The position numbers and the translations under genes were made by a program. A DNA stretch of 63,706 nt, filler included, from an uncultured Myxococcia bacterium (GTDB taxonomy: Bacteria > CAZTWC01), in NCBI GenBank assembly GCA_964617105.1. It is 12 parts of 12 records of this genome, joined end to end, with 100 filler letters (N's around TTAATTAATTAA, not from the genome) between each part and the next. Parts side by side here need not be neighbours in the genome. Positions count along the whole stretch, not along the records: positions 37,830 to 42,943 come from CAZTWC010000267.1; positions 43,044 to 48,143 come from CAZTWC010000268.1; positions 48,244 to 53,343 come from CAZTWC010000269.1; 9 more parts are not named here. The stretch is one strand, 5' to 3'. The first letter of the stretch is position 1, and the number at the start of each line of letters is the position of its first letter. This document shows, piece after piece, positions 38,231-48,721 of this stretch. The notes below the pieces were generated by a model. The model was not told where the DNA came from and made no database searches. It saw nothing but the letters and a program-made list of their open reading frames with translations.

Positions 38231-38385
38231 TTACCTCCCGAAAACCTTTGTATACCCGAAGGAGAGAGGGGAAGATATAAGGAAAATAAAAATAAAAATG
38301 TTATTGCTGTCTGGCCATAGTTTACGTATAATAACAAACTTTATTTTGCTTATTCAACGGCAACTAACTTAAAAAAGGAAAACCC

Positions 38386-39345
38386 ATGAGAAAACTATTT
38401 ATTTTGATGATCTTGGTCATAGCTGTTTCCTGTAGTGGCAACAAAAAAACCACCCCTAAGGCAGATGCTAATTCTTGTAAGAACTATGCTGAGGTTTTGT
38501 GCAAAGAAACCGGCCCCACCTCAAGTTCCTGCCAGTCCATAAAAACTGCCGCAGAAATACTTCCACCCCAGGCCTGTGTAGAAGCTATGGCCAATTTGGA
38601 TTACACCAAAAAACAAATTAAAGCCCAACGGGCAAAGTGTGATGAGTTAGTTACAAAATTATGTAGTGACCTGGGGCCAGAAACTAAAACTTGCGCGATG
38701 GTCAAAGCTAAAACCGGTAATTTCCCTCCAGAACAATGTACCCGTATGATGGCTGAGTATCCCAAAGTTTTGGCTGAGTTGAAAAAAATGGAAAATGCCA
38801 ATAAACCTCTTGATGCTGAAAAACGGGCCTTGATAGAAAAAGGAAAAGTTCCGTCTTTTGGCCCGGAAGATGCCAAAGTTACTATAGTCGAATTTTCCGA
38901 CTTTGAATGTCCGTATTGTTCGCGCTCTGCAAAAGTAGCCAGCCAAATAAAGGTAAAATATTCATCTAAAGTCCGGTTTGTTTTTCGAAACTATCCGCTC
39001 TCTTTTCACAAGAATGCTAATATTGCTGCCCAGGCTTCATTGGCCGCTGATGCACAAGGAAAATTTTGGCCATTCCACGACATTATGTTTGAAAATCAAA
39101 AGAAATTGGATCGTGATTCTCTGAATGGTTATGCCAAACAACTGGGTTTAGATGTTGAAAAGTTCAAAAAAGCCTTGGATGAAGGTGTATTCACCCAACA
39201 AATTAAAACAGACATGGAGATTGCAAATAAAGTTGCAGTGAGCGGCACCCCAACAATGTTTTTAAATGGTGAACGAGTGGCAAACCCAACCGATTTCAAT
39301 GCCATCTCATCCAAAATTGAGAAAATACTGAAAACTAGTAATTAA
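38386..39345 (+). CDS. DsbA-family lipoprotein with duplicated Cys-rich N-terminal modules
   Basis: Lipobox AVSC. Two C..LC...GP....C...PPxxC repeats. FSDFECPYC and GTPT. Confidence 0.92.
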   Translation: MRKLFILMILVIAVSCSGNKKTTPKADANSCKNYAEVLCKETGPTSSSCQSIKTAAEILPPQACVEAMANLDYTKKQIKAQRAKCDELVTKLCSDLGPETKTCAMVKAKTGNFPPEQCTRMMAEYPKVLAELKKMENANKPLDAEKRALIEKGKVPSFGPEDAKVTIVEFSDFECPYCSRSAKVASQIKVKYSSKVRFVFRNYPLSFHKNANIAAQASLAADAQGKFWPFHDIMFENQKKLDRDSLNGYAKQLGLDVEKFKKALDEGVFTQQIKTDMEIANKVAVSGTPTMFLNGERVANPTDFNAISSKIEKILKTSN

Positions 39346-39386
39346 TGGTTTGTTAGTCTAGATGCAGCCATTACCTAATTAAACAA

Positions 39387-39509
39387 AAAAATCCGGCTGC
39401 GCTCGGATAACTAGGCGCCGGCAGTAAAATCACCACAGTCGTAGGTTTTCTACGTCGAGGATGATTTTGCTGCTGGCAACAACGTTAGCCGAGATGCAGC
39501 CGGATTTTT
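39387..39509. repeat. 123-nt palindromic REP/MITE-like element between convergent genes (could also act as a bidirectional terminator)
   Basis: Perfect 14-bp terminal IR AAAAATCCGGCTGC/GCAGCCGGATTTTT. Inner pairs CTCGG.TAAC/GTTA.CCGAG, GCAGTAAAATCA/TGATTTTGCTGC, CGTAG/CTACG. Confidence 0.85.
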
Positions 39510-41636
39510 CTAACTCTTGAGTATTTTATACTTCCCTTCCTGCCAATTTTTCAAATCAGAGCAATACCATTTGGAAAAACGCCGGTCTGAAGGTCCGCCC
39601 ACCATGTTGGTATGACACTGATCAGTGTCCATATCGGTTATCATTCTAAATGATGGTACAAAAGAAGTGGTGCGGTTGGCGCTCCGGTAAATCTGGCCCT
39701 GGCTGATGGTGGCTCTTCCGCCGGGGATGGTGATTGGCCCCCGGTCAAAGCCCAAAAACTTGGGTAGTTTGCCGCCAAACAAAATATGGCTGAGTATTAT
39801 CTGCTGATTTTCTCCCCAGGGCTTGACCGGTCCCTGAAGTGCTTTTTGGGCAACCTGGCTGAATAGATCCTCTCTGCTTTTTTCTCCAAACCACAAAGAT
39901 TCCTTTTTTAGTAGTATCTGGTCAAAATTTAGGTAGAAATCGATAAAAATCCCGGTTTCCAGAGCCAGGTGCTGATAAACATCTTCTCCAAATCCTTTGG
40001 TCGCAAACACCTCTTTGTACAAAGCCCTATAAAATTGCTCAAACAGATAGGCGCCTTCGGAGTCGGGTGTATATTTCAAATCCCAATTCTTTAATAACTG
40101 ACCGGCTGAAGTATCTGGCAGCAGAGGAGATAATATGCCCATAAAGGCTTCCGCCTGAGTGGAATAGAGGTCATAGTGCATTTTGCCTATATCTTCCATC
40201 GCAAACTTATCACCTTGCTCCAAAAGAGAGGCTATACGTTCGGCCCGGTAAGGTCCCATGGGCAAATTTATCGGTTTTACCTGGCCATATTGGTTGAGAT
40301 CATTATTAGCAGTAACCAGATAGCCTTCTTTGGGATCGATAACCCGGGGCAAATTGCCATGATTTTCAAAACCCTGCCAGTCATACTCCTTTAGCCAGCC
40401 GGGCATTGGCGCCAAACCGCTGATCCCCTCAGCCCGCTTGGGCATCAAACCAGACATTTGATAACCAATTTTGCCTTTGGTGTCAGCCAATACCCAATTC
40501 CAGGAGGTCTCTAACCGGCCCAAGGCATCCATCCCCTCTTCAACCTGCTCGATTTCCATTATATTCAAAACCTGTTCTACTGAAACTGCTCCCGATTCCG
40601 CTGCCGACCATTTGGTGGAAAGATAGTAACCGTCCTGAAAAGGATCTCCATCTAAAAGTCCGTGATCATTTTCATAGCAGATAAGTTCAAAAGAGGGTTT
40701 CTTTTTGCGCTTAATAACCTCTTTTCTAACTGTAAACTGCTGCCAGCCTTCCTCTTCTCGAAAATATTTCCCCTCTTTACATTTCTCTATCCATGAATCA
40801 ATGGTATCCATAAAAGAATAGGTAACTCCCCAGGACAAATGATGGTTACGGCCGGAAAAGATAGCGGGAAGACCGGGCATGGTGGCTCCCATAACATACC
40901 CCTTATCTCTTTTTAACACCGCCTCATACCAAACATTTGGCAGCCTATTTGTCTCCAGGTGAGGGTCATTGGCCAGCATAGGTTTACCAGAAGCGGTTTT
41001 ATCGCCGCTTATTACCCAGTTGTTGGAAGCCATCGCCCTGGGCGCCGCTATGTTCCATAACAGGTTAGGCGGCACTATCCGCTCTTGCAGTTTCACCTCT
41101 TTTAAAAGTTCAATATCCAACCCCTTTAAAAGTTGGGGAAAGAGTTCCTCCAGCAAATCTTTGGCAATCCCGGCCTGAACCATCTCCACCAACAATCTCT
41201 CTATCTCCGCCTGGGACTGGGCCAAAGTCAAGTAACTTATCATCCTGGAAAAGAGAATAATATCCTCTGGCTGCCATTTTTCCGGTTTATATCCCATTAG
41301 TTTAAATTCCCAGGGATATTTTTTCTCCAGAGCGGCATTGATGCCGTCACAGTAACAGTTCAAATATTTTTGGGCTTGAGGGCTGAGTTTGCCAATCTCT
41401 TCAGTGCACTTATTACACCAACCCATACGCCGGAAAAAAATATCAATGGCCAAAGATTCTTCGCTGGAATCTAATAGTTCGCTCAATCTGCCCTGACCTA
41501 AAATTCTCATTAACAAAATCTGCAACCCTCGATCCTGGCCATGAGCAAAACCAATGCCCCAGCAGATATCTTCTTTGGTTTTTGACTCGATGTGACTTAC
41601 ACCGTTATTATCCCGATAAATTTTTACATTTTCCAT
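39510..41636 (-). CDS. Penicillin acylase family (Ntn hydrolase) protein
   Basis: IYRDNNGVSHI, GFAHGQDR, nucleophile ASNNWVISG, LANDPHL, TANN. Confidence 0.95.
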   Translation of the reverse strand: MENVKIYRDNNGVSHIESKTKEDICWGIGFAHGQDRGLQILLMRILGQGRLSELLDSSEESLAIDIFFRRMGWCNKCTEEIGKLSPQAQKYLNCYCDGINAALEKKYPWEFKLMGYKPEKWQPEDIILFSRMISYLTLAQSQAEIERLLVEMVQAGIAKDLLEELFPQLLKGLDIELLKEVKLQERIVPPNLLWNIAAPRAMASNNWVISGDKTASGKPMLANDPHLETNRLPNVWYEAVLKRDKGYVMGATMPGLPAIFSGRNHHLSWGVTYSFMDTIDSWIEKCKEGKYFREEEGWQQFTVRKEVIKRKKKPSFELICYENDHGLLDGDPFQDGYYLSTKWSAAESGAVSVEQVLNIMEIEQVEEGMDALGRLETSWNWVLADTKGKIGYQMSGLMPKRAEGISGLAPMPGWLKEYDWQGFENHGNLPRVIDPKEGYLVTANNDLNQYGQVKPINLPMGPYRAERIASLLEQGDKFAMEDIGKMHYDLYSTQAEAFMGILSPLLPDTSAGQLLKNWDLKYTPDSEGAYLFEQFYRALYKEVFATKGFGEDVYQHLALETGIFIDFYLNFDQILLKKESLWFGEKSREDLFSQVAQKALQGPVKPWGENQQIILSHILFGGKLPKFLGFDRGPITIPGGRATISQGQIYRSANRTTSFVPSFRMITDMDTDQCHTNMVGGPSDRRFSKWYCSDLKNWQEGKYKILKS

Positions 41637-41674
41637 TTAATTGTTCTCCTTAAAATTCGGTTGACAACCTGGAT

Positions 41675-41702
41675 ATTTTATCAACCACAAAATTCGTGTC
41701 AA
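41675..41702 (-). promoter_or_regulatory. Putative sigma70 promoter of the acylase gene
   Basis: Minus strand TTGACA-N16-TAAAAT with an extended -10 TG. Confidence 0.55.
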
Positions 41703-41949
41703 TCAAATATATGTTTAAAATTATCGCGAGAATATTGAGCCTTTACTGTAAAGTGTTATTAAAATCAATAAACTTTGGAGAGATGCAATAATATTTTACT
41801 TGCGGCTGAGAAGATATAATGACAAAATACACAAGTTTGGTGAAAAGATAAAAAATGGCATGTTCAACAATAAATATGTAAAGAGCAATATTTTAACGCG
41901 TTGTGTGTGCGTCCGTAATAGAAAACTGACGTAGGGAGGAGTGTAGAAA

Positions 41950-42943
41950 ATGAACCGTGATGAGATGCTGGCTAGAATCAAGGAACACAAGGGCCCCTGG
42001 GATATGATCTTCATCGGTGGAGGCGCTACTGGAGTGGGCGGTGCATTGGATGCCGCCTCCAGAGGTTATGATGTGCTACTTTTGGAGCAGTCCGATTTTG
42101 GTAAAGGAACTAGCAGCAGAAGCACAAAACTGGTGCATGGCGGAGTGAGGTATCTACAGCAGGGCAATGTTCCCCTGGTAATGGGCGCTCTAAAAGAACG
42201 CGGTATAATGAGACGAAATGCTCCTCACCTGGTGACGGATCAGGCTTTTATAGTACCCAATTACACCTGGTGGGAAGCTCCATTTTACGGTATTGGCATG
42301 AAGGTTTATGATATGCTGGCCTTTCGCTATGGTTTTGGCCGGAGTAAACTGCTCAATGTGAAAGAAACCAAAAAACGGATTCCAACTATCCAAACCGAAG
42401 GCCTCAGGGGTGGAGTGATCTATTACGATGGCCAATTTGATGATGCCCGCATGTTGGTCAATATGGTTCAAACCGCGGCAGAGCAGGGCGCTACCCTGGC
42501 AAATTACTGCGGGGTGCTTAACCTGACCAAAAACGATGAGGGATTTGAAATTCCGGCCAAGGTGGTTATTAACTGCACCGGTCCCTTTACCGATAATATT
42601 CGCCGCATGGACGATAAAGAGGCCACGGATATGGTGGCTGGTAGCACTGGAGTTCATATTGTGCTGGATCGATCTTTTCTGCCGGGTGACAGCGCCATTA
42701 TGGTTCCCCACACTAGTGATGGCCGGGTTCTTTTTGCCATACCATGGCAAAATAAGGTCTTGATTGGAACTACTGATACTCCCATTGAAAAATCCAGCCT
42801 GGAGCCTAAGGTTAGCCGGAAGGAGATCGATTTTATCCTTGAAAACGCCCACGACTACCTGGCCACCCCGCCGACAGTTAAGGATATTCTCAGTGCTTTT
42901 TCCGGTATTAGACCTCTGGTAAAAGCCAATACTGCCGATACCT
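41950..42943 (+). CDS. glpD: FAD-dependent glycerol-3-phosphate dehydrogenase/oxidase (3'-partial)
   Basis: IGGGATG, GTSSRSTKLVHGGVRYL, YYDGQFDDAR, GVHIV, DGRVLFAIPW, GIRPL. Confidence 0.93.
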
Positions 42944-43043
42944 NNNNNNNNNNNNNNNNNNNNNNNNNNNNNNNNNNNNNNNNNNNNTTAATTAATTAAN
43001 NNNNNNNNNNNNNNNNNNNNNNNNNNNNNNNNNNNNNNNNNNN

Positions 43044-45662
43044 CACCGCTGCTTTGCAGGCTAAATTCAACCTGGTTAAAATACTATTTACTCTAAGTAT
43101 TAAATCCGCACTGATTATAGGCTTGGCAATATAGTCATCAGCCCCCATCTGCAATCCCAATATTTTGTCATCTTGGGAAGCCCGGGCAGTGACAATAATA
43201 ATTGGTAAATCCTGCCAAGATTCATTGGATCTTACCTCTCTTATTACATCTTCGCCTGATACATCGGGCATCATCAAATCCAACAGCACCAGATCGGGCC
43301 GATCCGATTTGATCTGCTCCAAAGCATCACGGCCGCCATAAGCTTCGGTTACCATATAGCCGTGACTGCGCAAAAGCTCAGACACTACCTCCACGTTTAT
43401 TTGGATGTCATCAACCACTAATATTTTAAACATTGAAGAATCTAGATCCAAACCAGCCTGAGGCAAGATATCGGACGGTGCTCTATATAAATCTTCCTCT
43501 TTTGCACCGGTTTCTTGACTTTTATCCATCTCGTCTATTGATTCTCGTGATTGAGCACCTCCCTCCCGGCTTAAACTCTCGTGATAAATATCTTCTTCCA
43601 AACTGGCGAGTCTATTGGTTTCTAAGGTTTTTGCCAATGCCTCTTCTGACTGAGAGGGGATCTCAATCTGAAAAGTAGTCCCCTGGTTTAGGGTTGAAGT
43701 AACTTTAATTTTTCCCGACATTAAATCGACAAAATCCTTTACCATGGTCAATCCCAGGCCAGTACCTTCGAAAGAACGGCGGGCGTCTCCTTCAACTTGC
43801 TTAAACTCCTCAAAAATACTATCTATTTGTTCTGGCGGAATACCTATGCCTGTGTCTGAAACTGTTATCTGCAAAATATTGGTTGGCGATAATAACTCTA
43901 TTTCCAGTCTTATTTGGTTTTTCTCTTCCCGGCGGCAAAATTTAAAGGCATTACCCAGCAAGTTACGTAAAATAGTTAGAATTTTTTCCTGGTCACCAAT
44001 AAATTGAGATGAGCCATCTTTCTCTGGCCAAGAAAATCTGGCGGCAAACTCACTGTCCCGGTGTTGCAATTGCAGACCCTGGGCCAAAGCCTGGCATTGC
44101 TCTTTAATCTCTTGTAAAAATAAAGACTTGACCTCTAGTTTTAATTCCCCTTTTTTCGATTTGGCCAGATCCAAAATAGTGTTGACCTGTATTTTTAAAG
44201 TGTCGGCCAGGCGGTTGACTTTATTGACCTGTTCAGACACTTTTTTAGGGATTTGACCGAAACGGCCGCCCAATATTAACTCGGTAAAACCCAAAATCCC
44301 ATTTAAAGGAGTCCGCAACTCGTGTGAAGTATTATGAAAAAACAGGGTGCGGGCCCGCTCTTTTTCTACAATTTCATTATAAGCAGATTCTAACTGAATG
44401 TTTAGTTTCTCGGCCCGGCGGAAGGTGTTGGCAAAACGCATGGATAAAACTGCCGATTGGGAGAAAATAAATAGCACTAAACAATATGGTCCAACATAAA
44501 AAGTCTTTATAACTTGCAGACTATGGAGAATATCATTGAAGCCTGCCAACATAAAAATAAACCCACCCAGCATTATGTAAAGAGCACCTTCCTGTTTATG
44601 CCAAAAAGACTTTATAACTATATAAATCAGCCAGACACAATAAAAAACCATATGAATTTGGAAAAGATAAACAAACTGAGTAAAAAACAGTGGTTGGGAA
44701 AATACGACTAACAGCGATAAAAATAACCCTGTTACCGCAACTGTTTTGACAACAAAAGCATTCACCTCTTGACGGAAAAGACTGCGAATAAAATAAGTTA
44801 AACACACACCTCCTAGAGGCAGAGTCAAGTACTCTAGTTTTAAATGTAATGAAAACAGATCAGCGTCAGGCCACAGCCGCTCAAAATAAAAAGATGTACA
44901 AAACAGCCGGTTAAAAAACAGCAGACAATATAGTCCAAACCAAAAATATCCTATCTCCTCCCTACGGCCAATATATAGAAGAAAGTGATATAAAGCCATC
45001 ATCAGCAATATCCCCAAAACTATTAGATCTTGGATGTCTTGATACCAACGTTCTTGGTAAATATTTTTCAACCAACCTATTCGAGAGTTACCAAACACCC
45101 CCCCTTGCCTATAGTGAAAATTGGCAACCTTGATAGCAATGGAGATATTGGTGATGCTATTATCTGGGATTTTTTTTAACACTGGTAACATTTGAGGCCG
45201 GGTTTCCTGCTCTAAGGTACCTGGATCGCCGGTTTGGGCCAATTTTTGGCCGTTTACATAGATTATGGAAGAAGTAAATATCTCTTTTAAATAGATTGAC
45301 AAAATGTCATTTGACAAACTTGACTCCGGCATTTCCACCTTCAGCCTGTACCAGCCAAATCCCTGGCCTTTTCCGGTCTTATGCTCCCAATAACCCGGCA
45401 CTTTTATGGTTTCCCATTTAGAATCATCAAAATCAGGTAAAGCAAACTCAGGCTTATCCTCCATCCACTTGAACTTCCACTCACCCCGCAGGTTAACCGG
45501 CCCATCTTGGGTAAAATCCCAGCTTGACAGGTCTAACACCCCATCTTTGGCTGTTGGTGGCTGTTGGCCGGAAAAATTTTGGCCACAGGAGACTAAAAGC
45601 AAAAATATTAGGGTGGCCAAATAATAAGAATTTCTTTTTAGCATGATTTTTTTCATTATCAT
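43044..45662 (-). CDS. Hybrid sensor kinase: sugar-binding-like periplasmic domain, 7TM-DISM, HisKA, HATPase, REC (3'-partial)
   Basis: Lipobox-like LVSC. AKDGVLDL..W..LRGEWKF..IKVPGYW..GWYRL; 7 TM segments; SHELRTPLNG; NLLGNAFKF; DTGIG; GTGLGL; LLDLMMP. Confidence 0.93.
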
Positions 45663-45701
45663 TTTAAGGGGATTAAAAGCAGGAAGTGTCTAAAATCTAA
45701 C

Positions 45702-48143
45702 TTATCCTTTAATTCCCAGTTCAAACAAAGTGGAACCGTTGACACAATTTATGGTTAAATAGCCGCTTCGTTTTTGAATCAAACGATGGCTAAGATAGAG
45801 GCCGGGTTTGCTCTGCCCTTCATCTCCACCATGGTCCAACTCTCTGATCTCATCTTCGGTCAGCAATAGGCCGGGCAAGGTTATGTGGTTCACCAAACAG
45901 CCATTTTCCTGGCTGGCGGTAATGTTTATCCGTTTTTTGCTCAAATCTCCATCCGCCAGAATAGATTGGGCCACCTGGATTAGGTTAAACAGCATCTGGG
46001 GCACCTGGTAAAGATCAACTCCCTGACCCAGTTCCTCACCTATCTCCATCTCAACCGCTATTTGGGACCTGGTCAACCGGCTCTCCAACAGACGCAGCAC
46101 CAAAATATAACTCTGCCGCAATCCTGGCGCCTGACCCTTGAGACTGTTGTGGATATGCTGCAATACACTCTGCAGCATCTCTTTAGAGATGCGGGCTCCC
46201 TCCTGCATAACCGCAAAAGAGCGGATGGTCTCCAATGTATCCCGTAAAGAGGTCAAACTCTCCTCTTCCAGGCTCTTCAGGCTCTCCCACAGTTGCAATT
46301 GAAAATCCTCATCCATCTCCAGTTCGCTTATAAGGGCGTTTATAATCTGCAAATCTTTTTTTTGGTTTGGAGAGAGACCAACTGACAAATGGTGAGAGGC
46401 CATCCTTTGCCGTTTTTCTTTTGTAGAAACCGTGTTGGGATTAAATAATCCCCGCAAAAATGATTGAAAAAAGGGCTGCAGAGGAGAAAAACTCTGCAAC
46501 TGGTTGGTCAAAGGCTCTTTGGAGGCAGTAAATCCGTTTAATACTGCGGTGTGAAGATCTTTTAGTTCCCGGGCCAGATCCTCCATCACATACCCTACCT
46601 GAGACATGCTCTGCTGGCTGACCAATACTTGCATGGCCTTGGCCAACTCCAGCCGGGTCAATATTCCCCGCACCCTAAGCAGCAACTCCTCGCTGATGAT
46701 GGGCTTGGCCAGATAATCATCGGCACCCATGCCCAACCCCAGCAGTTTATCCTCCTTAGAGGCCCGGGCAGTCACCAAAATTACCGGCAACTCCTTTAAT
46801 CTTTCATCTTTCCTAACAGCCTGGAGAACATCTTCACCCGACACATCGGGCATCATCAGATCCAAAAGCAGCAGATCCGGAGGGCTATTTTTTATCTTAT
46901 CAAGAGCATCACGCCCCCCAAAAGATTCTTCTACATTATAACCAGCGGCCCGCAGAAGTTCAGAGATCACCTCCACATTGATCTGGATATCGTCAACCAC
47001 CAAAATAGTGTATTGACCATTATCTTCTGAATAAAAAGAGGCCAAATTATGACTGGGGGTATCACTATCTCCGTATTCCTGAGTTCCACTCCCGGCTAAT
47101 AAATCCTTATCAGTCCCAGCCTCCTCTGACTTCTGAGCTGCTAAATCAATATCAGCGTGGTCTTGCTCCCCAGCTGAGACGATATCTTTCTGAGGTTTTG
47201 TTTTATCTGCAAAGGATTTCTCAACTATAAGCACGTCTCCATCTTTGGTTTGCGTTTGCTCAGGTATGGTAATTATAAAAGTAGTGCCCTGGTCCAGTTG
47301 TGATTCAACTTTGATTTTACCTCCCATCAAATCAACAATCTTCTTGACCATGGCCAGCCCCAACCCTGTCCCTTCAAAAGAGCGGCGGGCAGCGCCATCC
47401 ACCTGCTTGAATTCCTCAAAAATCCGGCCTAAATGCTCCTTAGGAATGCCGATGCCAGTGTCTGAAACTCTTATAGTCAGGACCTGGATGCTGTCGTCCT
47501 GATTTTTATTTAAGTTTTTAGTTAAATTCTTCTCCTCCACATCATCCTGGGTGGCATCTTTGGGGGAGATATTGTTACCTTTAAGGCTTAATTGCACCTC
47601 CACCCGATTTTCCTGGTCCAGTTTTTTGAACTTAAAAGCATTGCCGATTAAATTGCGCAAAATGGTTAGCAATTTCTCTTTGTCATTGACAAAATTCTGC
47701 CCCTCTGTGGCAACTTTAATATCAAAGAAATTATGAGCATGATCGGTTATCAGCCCCTGGGCTAAAATCCGGCACTCTTCAGCCACCTCATCCAGGCTAA
47801 TCCGGCTCAACTCTAAAGACAACTCTCCCTTTTTAGCTTTGGCCAAATCCAAAATAGTGTTTACCTGCATCTTGAGTGAATCAGCCAATTTTTGAACTTT
47901 ACCCACCTGGGCCACAGCTGCCTGGCCCAACTTGCCATACCGGCCACTGGCTAAAAGTTGGGTGAAACCAATGATCCCATTTAAGGGTGTTCTCAACTCG
48001 TGTGAGGTATTGTGAAAAAACAGGGTGCGGGCCCGCTCTTTTGCTACAATCTCGTTATAGGCAGATTCCAGTTTGGTGTTTGAGTCAACCAACTCCAGAT
48101 TCAGCCTCTCGGCCCGGCGGAAGGTGTTGGCAAACAGTTTGGA
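45702..48143 (-). CDS. Hybrid sensor kinase paralogue: HisKA, HATPase, REC, plus a degenerate C-terminal kinase-like module (5'-partial)
   Basis: Open from the contig end. SHELRTPLNG, NLIGNAFKF, GTGLGL, LLDLMMP. Tail with DLARELKDL and KPGLYLSHRLIQKRSG. Confidence 0.9.
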   Translation of the reverse strand, partial: SKLFANTFRRAERLNLELVDSNTKLESAYNEIVAKERARTLFFHNTSHELRTPLNGIIGFTQLLASGRYGKLGQAAVAQVGKVQKLADSLKMQVNTILDLAKAKKGELSLELSRISLDEVAEECRILAQGLITDHAHNFFDIKVATEGQNFVNDKEKLLTILRNLIGNAFKFKKLDQENRVEVQLSLKGNNISPKDATQDDVEEKNLTKNLNKNQDDSIQVLTIRVSDTGIGIPKEHLGRIFEEFKQVDGAARRSFEGTGLGLAMVKKIVDLMGGKIKVESQLDQGTTFIITIPEQTQTKDGDVLIVEKSFADKTKPQKDIVSAGEQDHADIDLAAQKSEEAGTDKDLLAGSGTQEYGDSDTPSHNLASFYSEDNGQYTILVVDDIQINVEVISELLRAAGYNVEESFGGRDALDKIKNSPPDLLLLDLMMPDVSGEDVLQAVRKDERLKELPVILVTARASKEDKLLGLGMGADDYLAKPIISEELLLRVRGILTRLELAKAMQVLVSQQSMSQVGYVMEDLARELKDLHTAVLNGFTASKEPLTNQLQSFSPLQPFFQSFLRGLFNPNTVSTKEKRQRMASHHLSVGLSPNQKKDLQIINALISELEMDEDFQLQLWESLKSLEEESLTSLRDTLETIRSFAVMQEGARISKEMLQSVLQHIHNSLKGQAPGLRQSYILVLRLLESRLTRSQIAVEMEIGEELGQGVDLYQVPQMLFNLIQVAQSILADGDLSKKRINITASQENGCLVNHITLPGLLLTEDEIRELDHGGDEGQSKPGLYLSHRLIQKRSGYLTINCVNGSTLFELGIKG

Positions 48144-48479
48144 NNNNNNNNNNNNNNNNNNNNNNNNNNNNNNNNNNNNNNNNNNNNTTAATTAATTAAN
48201 NNNNNNNNNNNNNNNNNNNNNNNNNNNNNNNNNNNNNNNNNNNTTGATTCATCAAAACGTCCTCTAAAACTCCCTGTTTTACATTGGAGGTGACTTGGTA
48301 ATGGCAATTTCATCAAAGATAAATCGCAATGTTAATTCCCATCAGGATTTGACTTCAACGCCGACTCCAACTCCGACTACACAGATGATCCCTTTAGGGG
48401 CAACAGAATGGGTGGCGGATGAAAATTTGTCAATATTACCATCGAATACTGTTTGTATTTTAAACGAAAATGCGCTATA

Positions 48480-48685
48480 TTGTCAATATGCTAAATTTGT
48501 GACAATATCGTAATAGCAGTTTGCAAAATGCAACAATCAACATAATCTGTTAGGAAGTGAATGAAATAATGACGACAATCATGCAATATGGCGACATTGG
48601 TCGTGACATCAATGTCACATTAGTGTCATGCGTTAAACAATGTAACATGATATGTGGCAATTTGTTTGATGTCAATGTGACATAA
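48480..48685. promoter_or_regulatory. Cluster of TGTGACA-like half-sites, including the perfect palindrome GTGACAT-CA-ATGTCAC (48603-48618)
   Basis: TGTGACA, TGCAACA, GGCGACA, CGTGACA, TGTCACA, TGTAACA, TGTGGCA and TGTGACA within ~200 nt upstream of a bEBP gene. Confidence 0.55.
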
Positions 48686-48721
48686 AAAATTAAAAAAACA
48701 TTACCTAGTATAAGGATTATT

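Noticed and set aside
48244-48513. Short ORFs at the start of contig 10 (48295-48513 plus strand; MKLPLPS... minus strand)
   Set aside because: No RBS or recognisable motif, and too little sequence to support a call.
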